Notes: generated by a model from the letters alone, not told the origin. DNA of 64,000 bases from Rhizodiscina lignyota (GCA_010015805.1 ML978126.1:1116001-1180000), one strand, 5' to 3'. Counted from the stretch's first letter, positions 13,943 to 27,207 are shown. Translations and numbers: made by a program.

Positions 13943-14447
13943 GGATGTGGTGGAGCGGAGTGCAATAGAGTTCGCATTTTGTTTTAATATCGCGTGTAAT
14001 CAAAAGATACCCAAAGCATGATGTAAAGCATTCCAGATTTTCTGATTATAAAGACATACATCTGCATTTATGTATCCGTATCTGCAACTTTCGCACTCGT
14101 CCGCACTATTCAGCTACCTACTTTTCGCTAAGCCCAATGCAGCCAATAATGTAGGGGTGTCAGACAGCTCAGCCTGCAGCCACCTCTAGGTAGCCAACTC
14201 AGGCTTCATCATCCTTCAGAGCATTGCAGAAGGTCCCATCAGGGGAATATACCTACGGAGCTGGCTTCGACATGTGCCGTATCGAAATACCTGTCATATG
14301 TGGTAAATCATCCCGGCCTCTGGTCGACTAGTGGTACTATTTACTGGGCAGCCTTTGCCTTTGTCTGAGTGGCAGAGGGGACAAACGTCGTAAATCAAAG
14401 ATTTACGTTAGAGAACAACCTCGAGGATTGTATTCTACCTCACCAAG

Positions 14448-16646
14448 ATGGCTCCTCTTGTCTTTCTAGGAAATGCGGAGCTCGGAATCCCAGCTTTGTA
14501 CCTCCATGACCTGACTGGCACGCCCAACGCTGAACGGCTGCTCAACATATCGCCAACAATACATCCAGAGAGTGCTAACGTTTTACCACGGCTCAAGCAA
14601 TTCGCGCCCACTGAGTATGAGTTGTTTTCGGAGAAAAACGCGGACAAGAAGAGCATACCTTTCAAGCTCATCACGACAAGTCCAACATGGAATGAAGCGC
14701 GCACAACCTCGTTCTTAGCTGTCAGCTATTGTTGGCATGCAAACGACTGGACGGTCGTGTCACGGTTATTTGAGAGTGTCGACCCTGCACGATGGGAACT
14801 TCCTCTCTCTCCGCCGATGATCTCGGCAATCCTTTCGTTAGCAACTTGCGACGACGAAGGCATCTGGATCGATCAGATTTGCGTTAACCAAAGCAATGAG
14901 GATGAAAAGAAGAATGCAATAGAAAACATGGACACCATCTTTCGAAACGCACGCGTTGTCGGGATCTCCATTGAAGACGTGAATATCTCCGAGACTCAAG
15001 AATGCGCTCTGGAGATCTTCTCTGTGACTCAAGAAAGTGCTCTGGAGACGATATTCTCCCACAACCTCGATGAGGAGCGTCGAAATAAAGAAGAGATCCA
15101 GAAAGCTCCCAAACCAATCACACTCGGTCTAGTTGAGGACGTCGTAGCCGCTGGCCAGCTGGAAAGACGCCATATTGGAGGACTTGTTTCCTATATCAAC
15201 AGCTTCTTTTGCGCGCGATGGTTCTCCAGGGCTTGGTGCGTCCACGAGTATCAATTGAACTCCCAGCGCAAATTCATAATCCCAGGACACGATCACAAGT
15301 ACATTACGTTCGATTATTCCTTTTTCGGGGATCTCTACTCGGAAGTGGAGAACCTATTCCCACGCTCTCTGAGCGACGAACTATGCAACCATAGTGGTTT
15401 CTTATCATTCTTGTGGGGACCTCGCCTTCGGACGCCGGATGACTCGTATACCTCATCATCCATCTTCGAGATGTGCTACCTTGTAGAAAACGCAAGGTGC
15501 TCACGCCTGGAGGACAAGATATCGATCGCGTGTAATATCAACGGCTTACCACTTCGCTTCAACGGAAGCGTAAGTGGTCGCTGGGAGTGTATGAAACTGT
15601 TAGCGCTACTTGCATTGAGCGCTGGGGATGCTTCCGTATTGGGCTGCGAGGGAGAGCCCTGTGAATGCAGTAAATTCTCCGGCCATTTCTCATGGCTTCA
15701 GTGGCCTGGATTCAGACCTGGAAAGGGTAATGATTTGAGGCTTGTCGCGGAGAATTATGCATGGACTACCCTTTGCTCTAGGTATATGCAAAAGATGAAC
15801 GCAGAGCATCAGATCAAAAGTATCAATGAGCAGTCAATCATGATGGATCTCTTACAATTTCACGGCAATCTCAAAGAGCCGACGACGACTGGCTATTTCC
15901 GAGCGGCGAATTTCATCCAACGCTTTGGAAAACTGGAGCAACATCTGAAATCGTCAGACGACGACAATCATCTGAAGTTGGCGTTTCAGTTCGGTTTACA
16001 CAACATTGCACATATCGTCGACTTCGGTTATACTTGGTTTCTCAAGTCTTTTAGAACAATGAGCCGGTCATTCCTGGATCGTGTTGAAAATATCTACGAG
16101 AGGCACTCTCCCTTATTAGAAGATGTTTTTAACGAAGGTTCGGACAGTTTTGAGATGCTATTTCGAGCCAATAATGGCCGCCCGAGGCAATTATCTGGCG
16201 AAGCACCTGAACAAATCGCTATGTACTTGAGTTTCATGCTGCTCGGCCTGGAAGCGGGAGATTTTATTGATAATGACGACACTGACACAATGGTGGTACG
16301 CGGAATACGACTTGGAGCTGACCATGAATTCGGCATAGTCTATCTCGACCGGGAATATCTTGCTCGGTATTCTCAAGGAGACGACATGATCCTCGCCATT
16401 CCAGCTGCATTAAACACACCTGATGCGATTGGTGTCAAGCGAGTTTGGGTGCTTCAGAGATTAGATGGACGTTCTAAATCCTGTTCTTTGATTGGCAAAG
16501 GCTACTTGATCGGAAGCAATGCTGTTCCAATTGACGGCGACTATGTCACTTACATGACAGATGTGGAGATCATGGGACCACGTAAAGAAGAGAGCAGCAA
16601 GGAATCGACCTCAAACAAGATTATGGACATGATGGATACATCATAA
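14448..16646 (+). CDS. HET-domain (heterokaryon incompatibility) protein
   Basis: HET blocks FLAVSYCW, IWIDQICVNQ...MDTIFRNA and WFSRAWCVHE, later CSRLEDKISI and SWLQWP; intronless, 732 aa. Confidence 0.9.
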   Translation: MAPLVFLGNAELGIPALYLHDLTGTPNAERLLNISPTIHPESANVLPRLKQFAPTEYELFSEKNADKKSIPFKLITTSPTWNEARTTSFLAVSYCWHANDWTVVSRLFESVDPARWELPLSPPMISAILSLATCDDEGIWIDQICVNQSNEDEKKNAIENMDTIFRNARVVGISIEDVNISETQECALEIFSVTQESALETIFSHNLDEERRNKEEIQKAPKPITLGLVEDVVAAGQLERRHIGGLVSYINSFFCARWFSRAWCVHEYQLNSQRKFIIPGHDHKYITFDYSFFGDLYSEVENLFPRSLSDELCNHSGFLSFLWGPRLRTPDDSYTSSSIFEMCYLVENARCSRLEDKISIACNINGLPLRFNGSVSGRWECMKLLALLALSAGDASVLGCEGEPCECSKFSGHFSWLQWPGFRPGKGNDLRLVAENYAWTTLCSRYMQKMNAEHQIKSINEQSIMMDLLQFHGNLKEPTTTGYFRAANFIQRFGKLEQHLKSSDDDNHLKLAFQFGLHNIAHIVDFGYTWFLKSFRTMSRSFLDRVENIYERHSPLLEDVFNEGSDSFEMLFRANNGRPRQLSGEAPEQIAMYLSFMLLGLEAGDFIDNDDTDTMVVRGIRLGADHEFGIVYLDREYLARYSQGDDMILAIPAALNTPDAIGVKRVWVLQRLDGRSKSCSLIGKGYLIGSNAVPIDGDYVTYMTDVEIMGPRKEESSKESTSNKIMDMMDTS

Positions 16647-16740
16647 CGATTAGGAGACCGCTTCCGGCTTGGTCACATATCCAAGAAAATGGAATTGAAT
16701 TAGTCAAAAATTAGATATACAATGCTAATTTAAACCCAGA

Positions 16741-18391
16741 TCACACAGCATTTAATCGAAGACCATGCCCATCATCCTGAAAGCTGAGCATCATATGCTT
16801 CGACACAGCATGGATCTCACCAGCCGCGCTGGCATCCCTCAGCAGAGCCTGACTATCCTCTGGCAATCCATATGCTAAAGTGGCAATCGCGCTCTCTTTC
16901 CATACCGGAAGTCGTAGATGACGCGTTTCCATCAGGGTAAGGAAGAGGTAAAGACAGCCGCCGAGGACAGCAATTACGGGCAGAGTAATGAATGACCATT
17001 CGACCTTGATTTGGATGACCCATTGCTGAAGTGTACCATATTTCGGGACAGACGAATACTCGCGGATGTCAAGCGTCATGCTACGGGCGACATCGTCGAA
17101 AGTCTTGCTGAGGTTGGGTGATGTCCAGAGCGCCTCTATCACGGTTGGCATGTTGGGAGTGTAGATGCCGTTTGTGTCAGGATAGGCAATGACATTGTTG
17201 ACAGAACTGATACTCTCGGGGGTTGCCCATGTAAGGAGAAAATGGATTTTACTGAGCACAGCTGCCTGCGAGATGTTGAAGCCTCCGGCCATATTTGTAG
17301 TTATTCCGAGAGCGGGGTCTTCGGATACACGCAGCTGAAGATCCGTACGATAGACGTCCTGAGTTCCTGGATCCAGTGTATGATTCGTCTGAGCGGCGTA
17401 AGCTTGAAGGTCGTGTGGATTGATTGGTGTGAGCAAGGATGAAGACTTCCCAGAGGGCTAGCACGATTCGGGTTCTCGCTGCGTCTAAGACTTTATCCAT
17501 GACTCTGAGAGTACACCATCATTCGAGGATGTTTTATAAGCGTTGACACAGTACTGAATGACACACTCAGTGGCGCTGGGCTGCGAATCCTCCCATCCTG
17601 TTCTGTTCTTGATGAAGTCGTCGGTCGTCCGCATTATCGCGAAAGCGATGAGGAGGGTTGTAGAATCCTTGAAACTCACTGTTTCTAACGGGTTTGAGGT
17701 GACTCCAGCTGTCATCCATGGATTCGTGCCCTCATTTAGACCGACTGTAGTATTAGCGTACCCATCAAAGCCTTTCATATGTGAATATGGAAGTGTATAG
17801 CTTGTGAATGATTCCGCTCGCTGTATAGCATCTGGAAGTACTAGATCGCTCCCTTGCTCGTTGGTGGTGCCCTGAGGGTGGTTAGTGACTCCATGGACGA
17901 CACCAATATGTTGATATATCATTGCATGCGCTACAGTATGCCAATGAAGTGTATATGGGCCAGGTGCAATTGCCAGTGCGACAACTTTCCTTCGGCAACA
18001 GTTCAGATGGATTGGGACTCGAGAATCCCCGGTTCACAGCCGCAACGGTGCCAAAGCGTGGACGCGTTGTGAACATTTCGGACGAGAAGTTTCCTGCCTT
18101 GCTCTGGTCAACACCAGCCCCGGTAATATCATTTGCTAAAATTCCCATGTCGAGATTCACCGAGCATGCTGCATTTGGCAGCGCCGAATACCGTGGTGGC
18201 GTTCTTGTGTTGTTCTTGTGATACGATTGTGCATTGGAATTTTGACGAGAGATAAATAAGTCTGAATATGAAGGTCCGTAATTCATGGCTCGCAAGGCTG
18301 GGTCAGAATCCGCTGACGGTGCCCGCTCACCATCTGGATCGTTCAGATGGTCCCCTATGGGTACATTAGTGAAGCTCGTACGGTCTGTCAT
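16741..18391 (-). pseudogene. DUF3176-type membrane protein pseudogene
   Basis: CRTGNCTWPIYTSLAYCSAC, ATECVIQYCVNAY, FDDVARSMT, VEWSFITLP and PVWKESAIATL motifs. Frameshift near 17900, in-frame TAGs at 17485-17487 and 17458-17460, and no N-terminal TM block. Confidence 0.75.
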
Positions 18392-18887
18392 TTCGTCGCT
18401 TAATTCTTATGCGTCGGCTTAATTATTAGGAGATGCACTCAAAGCTGCTCTCCAGGGGTCACTGTCGGGACATGCAACCGTTCAAATAATACTCCAGCAA
18501 GGGAGAGAAGTCGTCGAATATAATGAACGGCACGTTTTAGATCAAGCGAGTTGACTAAGGTTGGAGATGGGCGAAACGAATGTTGAACTGGTCCTTTATG
18601 GGATTAGGACCATGATACAAGATGTTGACAATCTCAGTTCCTCAGTGGCTGAGTAGATTATGTAATACTTCTTCTGCTCCGCCGCCTGCTTGGCTGGGTC
18701 ACGTGAGGAGCCTCTGAAAGGCGTTAGATTGGATGTTGAGCGATCATCCGGATACCAATAGGAAATTGGGGAAGCGATCATATTGCAGGTCGTCGTCTAA
18801 CGCTGTGCCACCGGAGGTTGTAACGCAGCAAGTTACGAACTGTTATATTGAATTTAAGTTTTAGGTCTAATCTGGTTTTTCGACATG

Positions 18888-19002
18888 CACTGAATAACCA
18901 GTGGCATAACTGCAAAGGGCCCCCCCGCCCTTCCTAATAAACTCAGTCAGTCTGGTTTTCCTTACTGTCTCCCCGAGTCTTCGATTCGGGGAGTCAGTTG
19001 GG
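18888..19002. repeat. Cluster of three hairpins in an AT-rich island
   Basis: CACTG/CAGTG (18888-18903), AAGGGC-C6-GCCCTT (18915-18932) and an imperfect ~20-bp stem CCTTACTGTCTCCCCGAGTC-TTC-GATTCGGGGAGTCAGTTGGG (18960-19002). Confidence 0.55.
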
Positions 19003-19429
19003 TTTTGCACTTTTGTTTTCCAAATTCCCCCTTTTTTTTCTTTAAGAAAATACGCTGTTGTTCTTTTTTCTTGGGGGTTAACTCAGTATAATTCTTCATC
19101 ATTTGGCTGGGAGTTGTGGCGAGGGCAGCAGCCTCACGAAGGCCGCAACGTTAACGTGGGTAATCTCCAGCCACACTGGTCGCTCACCAGATACATTGAA
19201 CGACGTTTGGGCACGCTCCATATGCAAATATTCGATGAATAAGAGGTATGAACACAAATGTACACAAGCGTAAAACAACAACATAAAATCCAAATCCCAC
19301 TGCAAAACGCCATCAATGCATGCTCTTTGCCGCCTGCCAGCCCAATTTATTACGCCATGCCGCCAAGTGCAAATGTACAATTCGGGTATGAAAGTCGCTG
19401 CTCTTTGAATGTGCTCATCCTATGCACCT

Positions 19430-21729
19430 CTAATCCACCTTTCCGTTCGACTGCACCCCTCCATTCCCAAAATACCCACCAAGCCCTTTCTCTACCTCGC
19501 CAATCGCACCGTTCAGACCGCCAAACGTACCCCTGAACCCACTTCTTCTCTGCCGTCGGGAGTACACTGTTCCCGCGACGATGCCGGAGAGCAGGATGAT
19601 GGTGAAGAACGGATGGTCTGTCCATATACGTGTGAAGTTGAAGAAGAACGCAAATGCAGATGACGATTTGGGGGAGACGAGATGCGCACTCGATTTGTCG
19701 GTGATGTCGCGCAGAGTTTCGAGGATGGAGGTGCGGGAGGGAGTGATGGCGTTTCCATTGGGGGTGTGGTCGTAGTAGAGTTTACGCTATTGAAGTCAAT
19801 TTTTGGTGTTCCATCGCAAGATGGTTGAGCGGGGCGAGTGAACTTACATCCTCATCATTGACGATGACACGCTCGCCATCGACTTCAACGCGCACACCGT
19901 AAATGTTCTTGATCCACCGCTCCCAAAACACACCATCCACCCAAGCGAAGCCGACCTCTTTCCGTTTGTTCAGCAACTTCTCCGTGTCGACCTTGATCAG
20001 CTTAGCCTTCTCTTCGGCCTTTTCATCGCCCTTAGTTTCCGCTTCTTCAATCTTCAACTGCTTTGCGTCGCGCAGCTCCTGCCTCTCGAGCTGGAACTGG
20101 CTCTTGCTGATGTCCATCCACTCCAGAGCGGCACTTTTAAGCTCCTTCTTCGCGCGACCAAATTCATCTGCTCGGTCGCGAGATAAGATTCCGAGGACTA
20201 CCAAGCGCCCGCCCATGATTTCTCTGGAGTTGCCAGCGGTGAGTTCGGGGACGAGTGGGAGCCAGACAGATCTCATCCATGTAAGCACCTTCGCTACGTC
20301 CCGCATATCTTTAGGCGCAAGTGCAGTGTAGTAGGTTGGCTGGCCATCACGGCTAACGAGTAAGCGCGGCCAAGTTGAAATTTTGAATCGCTCGGCCAGC
20401 TTCTTGTCCTGAGTCTTGACGAGTCGCGCTTTGCCGATCAGTTGGAGACTCAGTCTCTCTAAAGCCGCAAAGTCCTCGGATGTCGTCGCGTGATCGTAGA
20501 AGTAAGTGAAAATGACCTCTTCCGTCTCTTCCATATTTTGAAACTCTGTAGCATCGACATCTAGTACACCCATACCACTGTCGACGGCCTTTTCGGCATA
20601 GCTGATCAGATCGCCAACACCTCGGAGACCTTCGTACTCGACGAACTCCCCGCCACGGAGGAACTTGAGCGTCGGAAATGCTTTGATCTTGGCATTCTTG
20701 CAAAGCTGTTTCTCAACCTCGCAGTTGACCTCGCCGATGTTAAGCTTGCCTTTCATCTCACGCGCCATCTCGGCCCAATTCGGAGCGAGCGCCTGACAGT
20801 GATGACACCATGGCGCATAGAATTTGACAAACCACGGTTCCTTGGTGAATGTAACCTTCTTTTGGAAAGTGTCCATTGTCAAATCCACACTCTTGCCTTC
20901 CAGATTGACATCCTTTGGTGGCTTCGGGGTAGGCTTGGCTACAGTCTCGGATGCCGTCGCAGTTGCAGCGATTTCGTTATGTTTGCTCGCAGCTGCAGCA
21001 CCAGCTTCGGGATCTTTATCCTTTGCGCTCGGCTCGTCTATTTCAGCATCCTCATCTACATGGTCGGCGCCAACCACAGGTAGCTTCACACCTTCCTTCG
21101 GCCGGCTCCCAGGCTTGATAGTCTCCAGAATCTCCTCGACAAAGTCGCTTGCTCGCTTCAGGTCCATCTGGCCTTTGTGCGTCTTGGTAACCTCGCCATT
21201 CTTAATGAGCAACATCGTAGGATACGACTGGACATTGTACTCTGTGCAGAGGTCACCGTTCGCTACACAGTCGATCTTTGCGAAATTGAAGTCGTAGTAG
21301 CGCGTAAAGGAGTTGAGTGCCTCAGCATCTTCGGTGGTGGTTGAGCCAAGAGGATGAGACGTATAGTAGAACTCGTAGAGAGTTTGTAGGACAGGGGCGA
21401 AAGCTTGGCAGTGGTGGCAGTAGGGGGAGAAGAATTCAACGAGCCTAACCAGACGATTAGTATTACTTAATTCCAAGTATATGGAGTATAATATACCAAT
21501 GTCCTTCTTTGACTGCGTCTTTTATTGTATCTGCGTTCAGAAATGGGAACGGTGGGACATGTTGGCCATTGAATTTGGTGCCGACTACCGCTGGATCTGC
21601 GCTTTCTGAGGCCTCGGCGGCGGACGCTGTTGTCGTTTCGGCGAGCGCCTTTTGAGTCTGAGGTGGAGCGGCTAGAGAAGATGAGATGGTGAGAGTCAAC
21701 AGGCCCAATATCGACCAGCGAGGACGCAT
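19430..21729 (-). CDS. EPS1: ER membrane protein-disulfide isomerase, Eps1-like
   Basis: Signal peptide, two thioredoxin motifs (SPYCHHC, APWCHHC), FAWVDGVFWERW, a C-terminal TM and a GKVD tail; introns 21445-21496 and 19787-19847. Confidence 0.9.
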
Positions 21730-22094
21730 TTTTGCGAATTTGGTGAGCGGAGCAGCGCTCCGCAAGTCGGCCGCCGAAGAATACGGAAAGAAAAGGTCGG
21801 ATTACTTTCTCGTTATCATTTGCAAGTCTGGCAGTCGGTAGCTCCACAGTATATAAACCAGCGCGATGCTCCGCGGAGTATGGGGCGATATGACGGGGTG
21901 TGGCGATTAGTAGACAGCTGTTCGCATGCCAGTCCGCGGCGCGTTTGAGGTGAGGTGAGGTCTTGCGACAGCCTTACGGCGAGCCGCAACGTACAAGGTG
22001 CCACTTCGAGCTACCTCCGGCCTTTGCACCTGAACATCATCAGCTCTTTCAGCAGCTCCAATCCGTCTTCACACAGCCCAATTGCTTCTCCAAA

Positions 22095-22944
22095 ATGCGG
22101 GCAGCATTACGGCTCTTCGCAGCCGTCAGGCCTGCATCCAAATTCCTCGAGCCTGGCGCGCCAACCGGTCTCACGGGCCTATACACCCACTCGTCTCCTC
22201 GCGCCGCCCTCATTCTCCTCTACAGCAGTACCCTCGACAAGCTCAGGACGCTACCTGAAGACAGTGTATATCGTGCCTCTACCGAAGCTCTCACAAAGCA
22301 CCGCCTCAATATCGTCGAGTCGTTCCTGCCAGAAGGGTACGAAGCGTGGCAAGATAGGGTGAAAGAGCATGTGGAGAAGCACAAGGACGTGTACGCTGCC
22401 TTTGGACTAGGCACAGAACATGTTATCAACGGCAGACATTTCCTTGCTATTCGAAGAGAAGAGCCACTGACGGATGAAAATGATGAGTGGGATGGAGTGC
22501 CGCCGCAGTATCCCTTGATAGAGGGCACACGGACGAGCGAGGAGAGAGCGCAGATGATTACACAGCTAGCGAAGCCGACTTTCGATAGAGAGGCAAGGGA
22601 GAAGCTGGCTTTGGAGCCTGAGCCACAATTGACCACTGATCAGTGAGTGCATTTGTATACAATCGGTTTGCCGTTCACTACTGACACGGGCTCATAGGAT
22701 ATCACAATTGGAAGAGAAGCTCGGAGCGGGCCTAATCGAAGAGGTCATACAGGTTGCGCAGGGAGAGGAGCAGCTTGTGCAGACTATGTCAGAGAGCAAA
22801 GTGTAAGTGGAACTTGAACATTAATTGATTGTCGAAATTGGCTAATAAGAGTCCTCCAGTTGGGAAGACCTCGTCGAGCCAGCACCTGAGGGCCAGTGGT
22901 CGTATCACGAACGAAACGTTATGACATCGACACAAAAGCCATAG
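22095..22944 (+). CDS. NDUFA5: NADH:ubiquinone oxidoreductase 29.9 kDa subunit (B13/NDUFA5 family)
   Basis: PTGLTGL, SVYRASTEALTKHRL, GAGLIEEVIQVA and WEDLVEPAPEGQW; introns 22643-22697 and 22803-22859. Confidence 0.94.
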
Positions 22945-23199
22945 ATGAGAATCCGGCCGCAGCAACTGTACATAGAAGCAAGCATACATCTCAACGGATG
23001 CAATTCCATCTTTCATATGAAATTCGAAAGCTATTCATTGGTAAGACCGTTGCTCTCGACGGAGATATCATCCTCAGCTGTTCAAAAGCCCTCTACCTTC
23101 CCATTGCGTATAAATTAATTTCCTTTGCAATTAGATTCTCTCAGGCCCCGAGGAAGAAGAACCCACACCAAAGTACGGCCATAGACTCGCAGCCGACCT

Positions 23200-24450
23200 C
23201 TCTCGAAGTCACATTTCAGAACTAGTCTCAAGTGCCCAATGCTCTTGTTTTGTGTTGCCCACCTTCATAGCCATTCGGTTCTGTTCACCAGCCGAATTTG
23301 GCAGATGTCCACCATCATATCATGTTCAGGATCATCTCAGATCCATCAGCAGTGAACTTGTAAGCGCGAACGAATTTGCCATAAGCTTGTGAGCAATTGG
23401 GGCTCTCGCAAGGTTTATGCATCGGGAATGCATCAGGATCACCACCTGTGCCAGCTCCCACGCGGTCCGGCAGTGGTCGTTGCCGTCTGACTAGATACGC
23501 GTACACCATTATAGAAGAGGCTGTCAGTCGTTCGTTTTACAGTGCGTACTCTTCCGTCCTGTGCTGAATCCGTTTGGCGGCCCAAGTCCAGATTGATTTG
23601 TTAGCACATAAATCACCAACATCCGCGTCACTCAGTATACTGAGATGTAGTTCACCTGATTCAGGGTGGATGCATTCACGGCTGACGAGTTTGATACCTC
23701 GGAGTTGAATCTGAACTCTCCTTTCGACCTCGAGGCTCCTTACCAGCAGTATCCGCACAAAAAATGTCGTTAGACTACTACCAGATACTCCTCCTGATTA
23801 CGAATAATGGATTTGTTGGGAAATTTCTCGTTCCTTCTACAGCGACCTCCTGGGCATTGTGGTCAATGCGATTCGCGTCTTTTTCTCTATTGTTGAGAAG
23901 AGTACTGTAACCTTCTACATGAAACAAACAGCGAATGCTGGACAAAGAGAGCGATCACTGCTCATGTGAGAGCACGGATTGCCGTGAGTATCCAGCCAAA
24001 CAGAGCAGAGAAATATTCGCAATGGAGGATGTGACTAACGACACGAAGGAGCACAGGGGAACGCACATGAGGGCACACAAGCTTCTACCATTCCCATGGG
24101 CTCATGGTGTGGAGATCGGGGTGAAAATCTTATCGGTCCTATTGACGTCTGGGGCTTCATTGGAACCCGACAGGTATCCCATCCATTGGAATGGTTCGCA
24201 TTTACGTGACGGGAAATTTGCCCGAGCAAATGAGAATGCTCCTCATTTTCTTCAGTGATACAGCTGGAGAGCGCCCACTCTACCACAATCCAGATATCTT
24301 CTTGTCTTTGACAAAGTCGGCTCTGTTAAACTGGGCAAGATCTAGAAAGGACTCGGTGATTTTATCATGTCGCTCAAGAATGATAGCACTAATCACAAGG
24401 CATCGGAAGGCCTTTCCGATACTATCAACAAGGCGTTCAGCCACTAAGCA
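23200..24450 (-). pseudogene. Decayed gene relic, family unknown
   Basis: Protein-like minus-strand fragments (23315-23509, 23537-23758 and upstream) broken by stops. Confidence 0.3.
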
Positions 24451-25200
24451 AGGCGTTCTCGGTGTCGGATCCTGCTAGTTTCCGGCATCAGTTCATTATT
24501 GCTAGCATCTACCACAGTGGGTTGATACAGAGTGGACAGTGGAGTTAGCTACGGTGGCAGAGATCCAGAGAGGCGCAAGGGCAATACTTGTAGAGTCATT
24601 TACCCTATCAAAGAGGCAGGCTTCTCGAAGGCATTCGAAGTTTTCTTCCGACAGGCCGTAAGCTTTCTTGGCCTCTGCGCAATGTCGCTCTTAACTTCAT
24701 CAAGCAGCGGTGCTTGTTTCGCTATGTATGATGACGTATGATGGATTATCGCAGGCTAATTTACTTACGGGCAACCCTGGTGTGTGAGGGCGAATTAGCG
24801 GACCGTCTGAGCCTCAACTACAACACCGCGCATGGGATCGTCAATCGTTCGTCGCAAGCAGCACGACTCGGCCCAATAAAATCATTCGAGGTTTTCGAAG
24901 CAGCTGTGAGTACGCCTGCGCATCACTACTCACAATGGTATCGACTACTCGCAAAACGCCGCTCGAGGACGCCGAACTCCCTTCCTTCGTGCAAAATGCG
25001 CCCGCGTGCTCATCACTAGTGTCAAGGCCCCTTGGCTCCTCTAGAAAATCGGGAGAGGGCAAAGGAATGTGGAGTGGTGTTGCGGGGAAATATAAGTATC
25101 GTCGTCGCAAGCACATGTTTCTTTCTAATCTCCATTACGCGCTGTCGTCGTTCTTCTTTCTCAGGTCAGGTCTGATCAGCACTTGAGATTTTTTGCAGCC

Positions 25201-27207
25201 ATGGCCTCAGAAAAAGCCGAAAGCATCAACGACAAAGAACATCTTGAGCATCCCTCTATTGATGAGAAGCAGGAGGATGTCGAGGCCAGGCATGGGGTCC
25301 TTGACATCGACGCTGCCCGCCCCGACCAGCTCAGTGCGGTCTTTGAGAATCCTCTCTCTGGTGTCCCCAAGGATCAATTGATGAAGGATGTCGAGCTCTT
25401 CTGCCAGGAGAATGATCTCATGGATCATTTGGAGGTTATGAGGAAGGGCGCGTTGGCATCGAAGGAGCCCTGGAATGTCGACAACATCCCAGAATTGACC
25501 GAAGAGGATCGCGCAATTCTTCATCATGAGAGGACTAACAAATGGGACCAGCCATGGAGGCTCTATTGGCTTGTCTGTGAGTACAGAATAATTTCTCGTT
25601 TCATTAGCTCAGTCACTAAACTTTTACTCAGCAATGGCTTCTCTTGCAGCGGCTGTGCAAGGGATGGATGAAACAGTCAACAATGGCGCACAAGCTTTCT
25701 ATCTTGAGGAGCTCGGCATCAAGCCGTCTACCCGCTTTTCTCCTGACATGCAAGATAACCTCACTGGTCTCGTTGTCGGAGCTCCCTATCTTGCTTGTGC
25801 CCTCATTGGCTGCTGGCTCACCGAGCCGTTGAACAGAGTATTCGCCCGTCGTGGTACCATTTTCCTGTCTTGCGCTATCGCGGCAATAGCCTCAATTTGG
25901 GAGGGTGTTGCGAACTCCTGGGTTAACCTTTTCATTGCTCGATTCGTCCTTGGTCTCGGTATTGGCTCAAAATCTACCACCGTACCAGTGTACACAGCAG
26001 AATGTGCACCAGCTCCCATTCGTGGTGCCTTGGTCATGCAGTGGCAGGTCTGGACGGCTTTCGGTATCATGCTTGGGTGAGTTGCTTTCGATTTGGAGAT
26101 CGTAGAGACTATACTAACACCCTTCATAGCAATATCATGGGTGTCGCATTCGGCGGTCTTCGTCCTGATCTCGCGTGGCGTCTAATTCTCGGGTCCACCG
26201 TTGTGCTTCCCGTCATTGTCTGCGCCCAGGTCTACTTCTGCCCGGAATCACCCCGTTGGCTCATCCAGCACGGCAAGATCAAGAAGGCATACGAGTCATT
26301 CCGCGTCGTGCGTAAGACCGACCTCCAGGCTGCACGTGATCTGTACTATACCCACGTCGGCGTCGAGATCGAGAAAAAGATCAACACCGGCAAGAACATC
26401 TTCACGCAGTTCGGGGAGCTCTTCTCGATTCCGCGTAACAGACGTGCCACTTGGGCTACCTGGATTGTCATGTTCGGACAGCAGTTCTGCGGCGTCAATG
26501 TCATCGCGTACTACTCTACGACAATTTTCCAGCAGGGTGGTTACGGTCGTAACCCAGCACTGCTGGCATCCATGGGCACCGGTATCCTGAATTGGGTCTT
26601 TGCCCTTCCAGCCTTCTTCACTATCGATACGTTTGGGAGACGAAACCTGCTGCTCGTCACATTCCCCTTCCTGGCAATCACCTTGCTGTGGACTGGTATG
26701 AGTTTCTTCATCGATCCTCCCAGCAAGCCAGACGGCGTATCGACATCTAAAGCACGGCTTGGCATGATCACTACTGGCATGTATCTCTTCGAATGCTTCT
26801 ACTCACCCGGAATGGGTCCCGTGCCCTTCTCGTACTCCGCAGAAGCCTTTCCCATGCACGTGAGGGATGTCGGGATGAGTTGGGCAACTGCAACGACCTG
26901 GTGCTTCAACTTCATCCTCTCCTTCACCTGGCCACGTCTCGTGAGCGCGTTTACCGCCCAGGGCGCGTTCGGATGGTACGCCGCATGGTGTGTTGTCTTA
27001 TGGGTCTTGGTATTGCTGTTCATGCCTGAGACTAAGGCGCTCACGCTCGAGGAGCTGGATCAGGTATTCAGCGTGCCGACGTGGAAGCATTCGAGCTACC
27101 AGATCAGGAACTCGATCTGGCATATCAGGCGATATGTCTTCTTCCAGAAGAACTTGGAGCCGCTGCCGCCGTTCTACGTTGGCGCGGATAAGTTGATGGA
27201 ATCCTGA
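25201..27207 (+). CDS. MFS sugar-porter family transporter (polyol/inositol-like)
   Basis: AAVQGMDE, ECAPAPIRGALVMQWQ, PESPRW, QQFCGVNVIAYY, IDTFGRR and PETKALTLEELD; introns 25577-25631 and 26077-26129. Confidence 0.94.

Noticed and set aside
18940..19087. 8-bp AACTCAGT repeat as a hAT target-site duplication
   Set aside because: There are no terminal inverted repeats between the copies, so it is not called a transposon.
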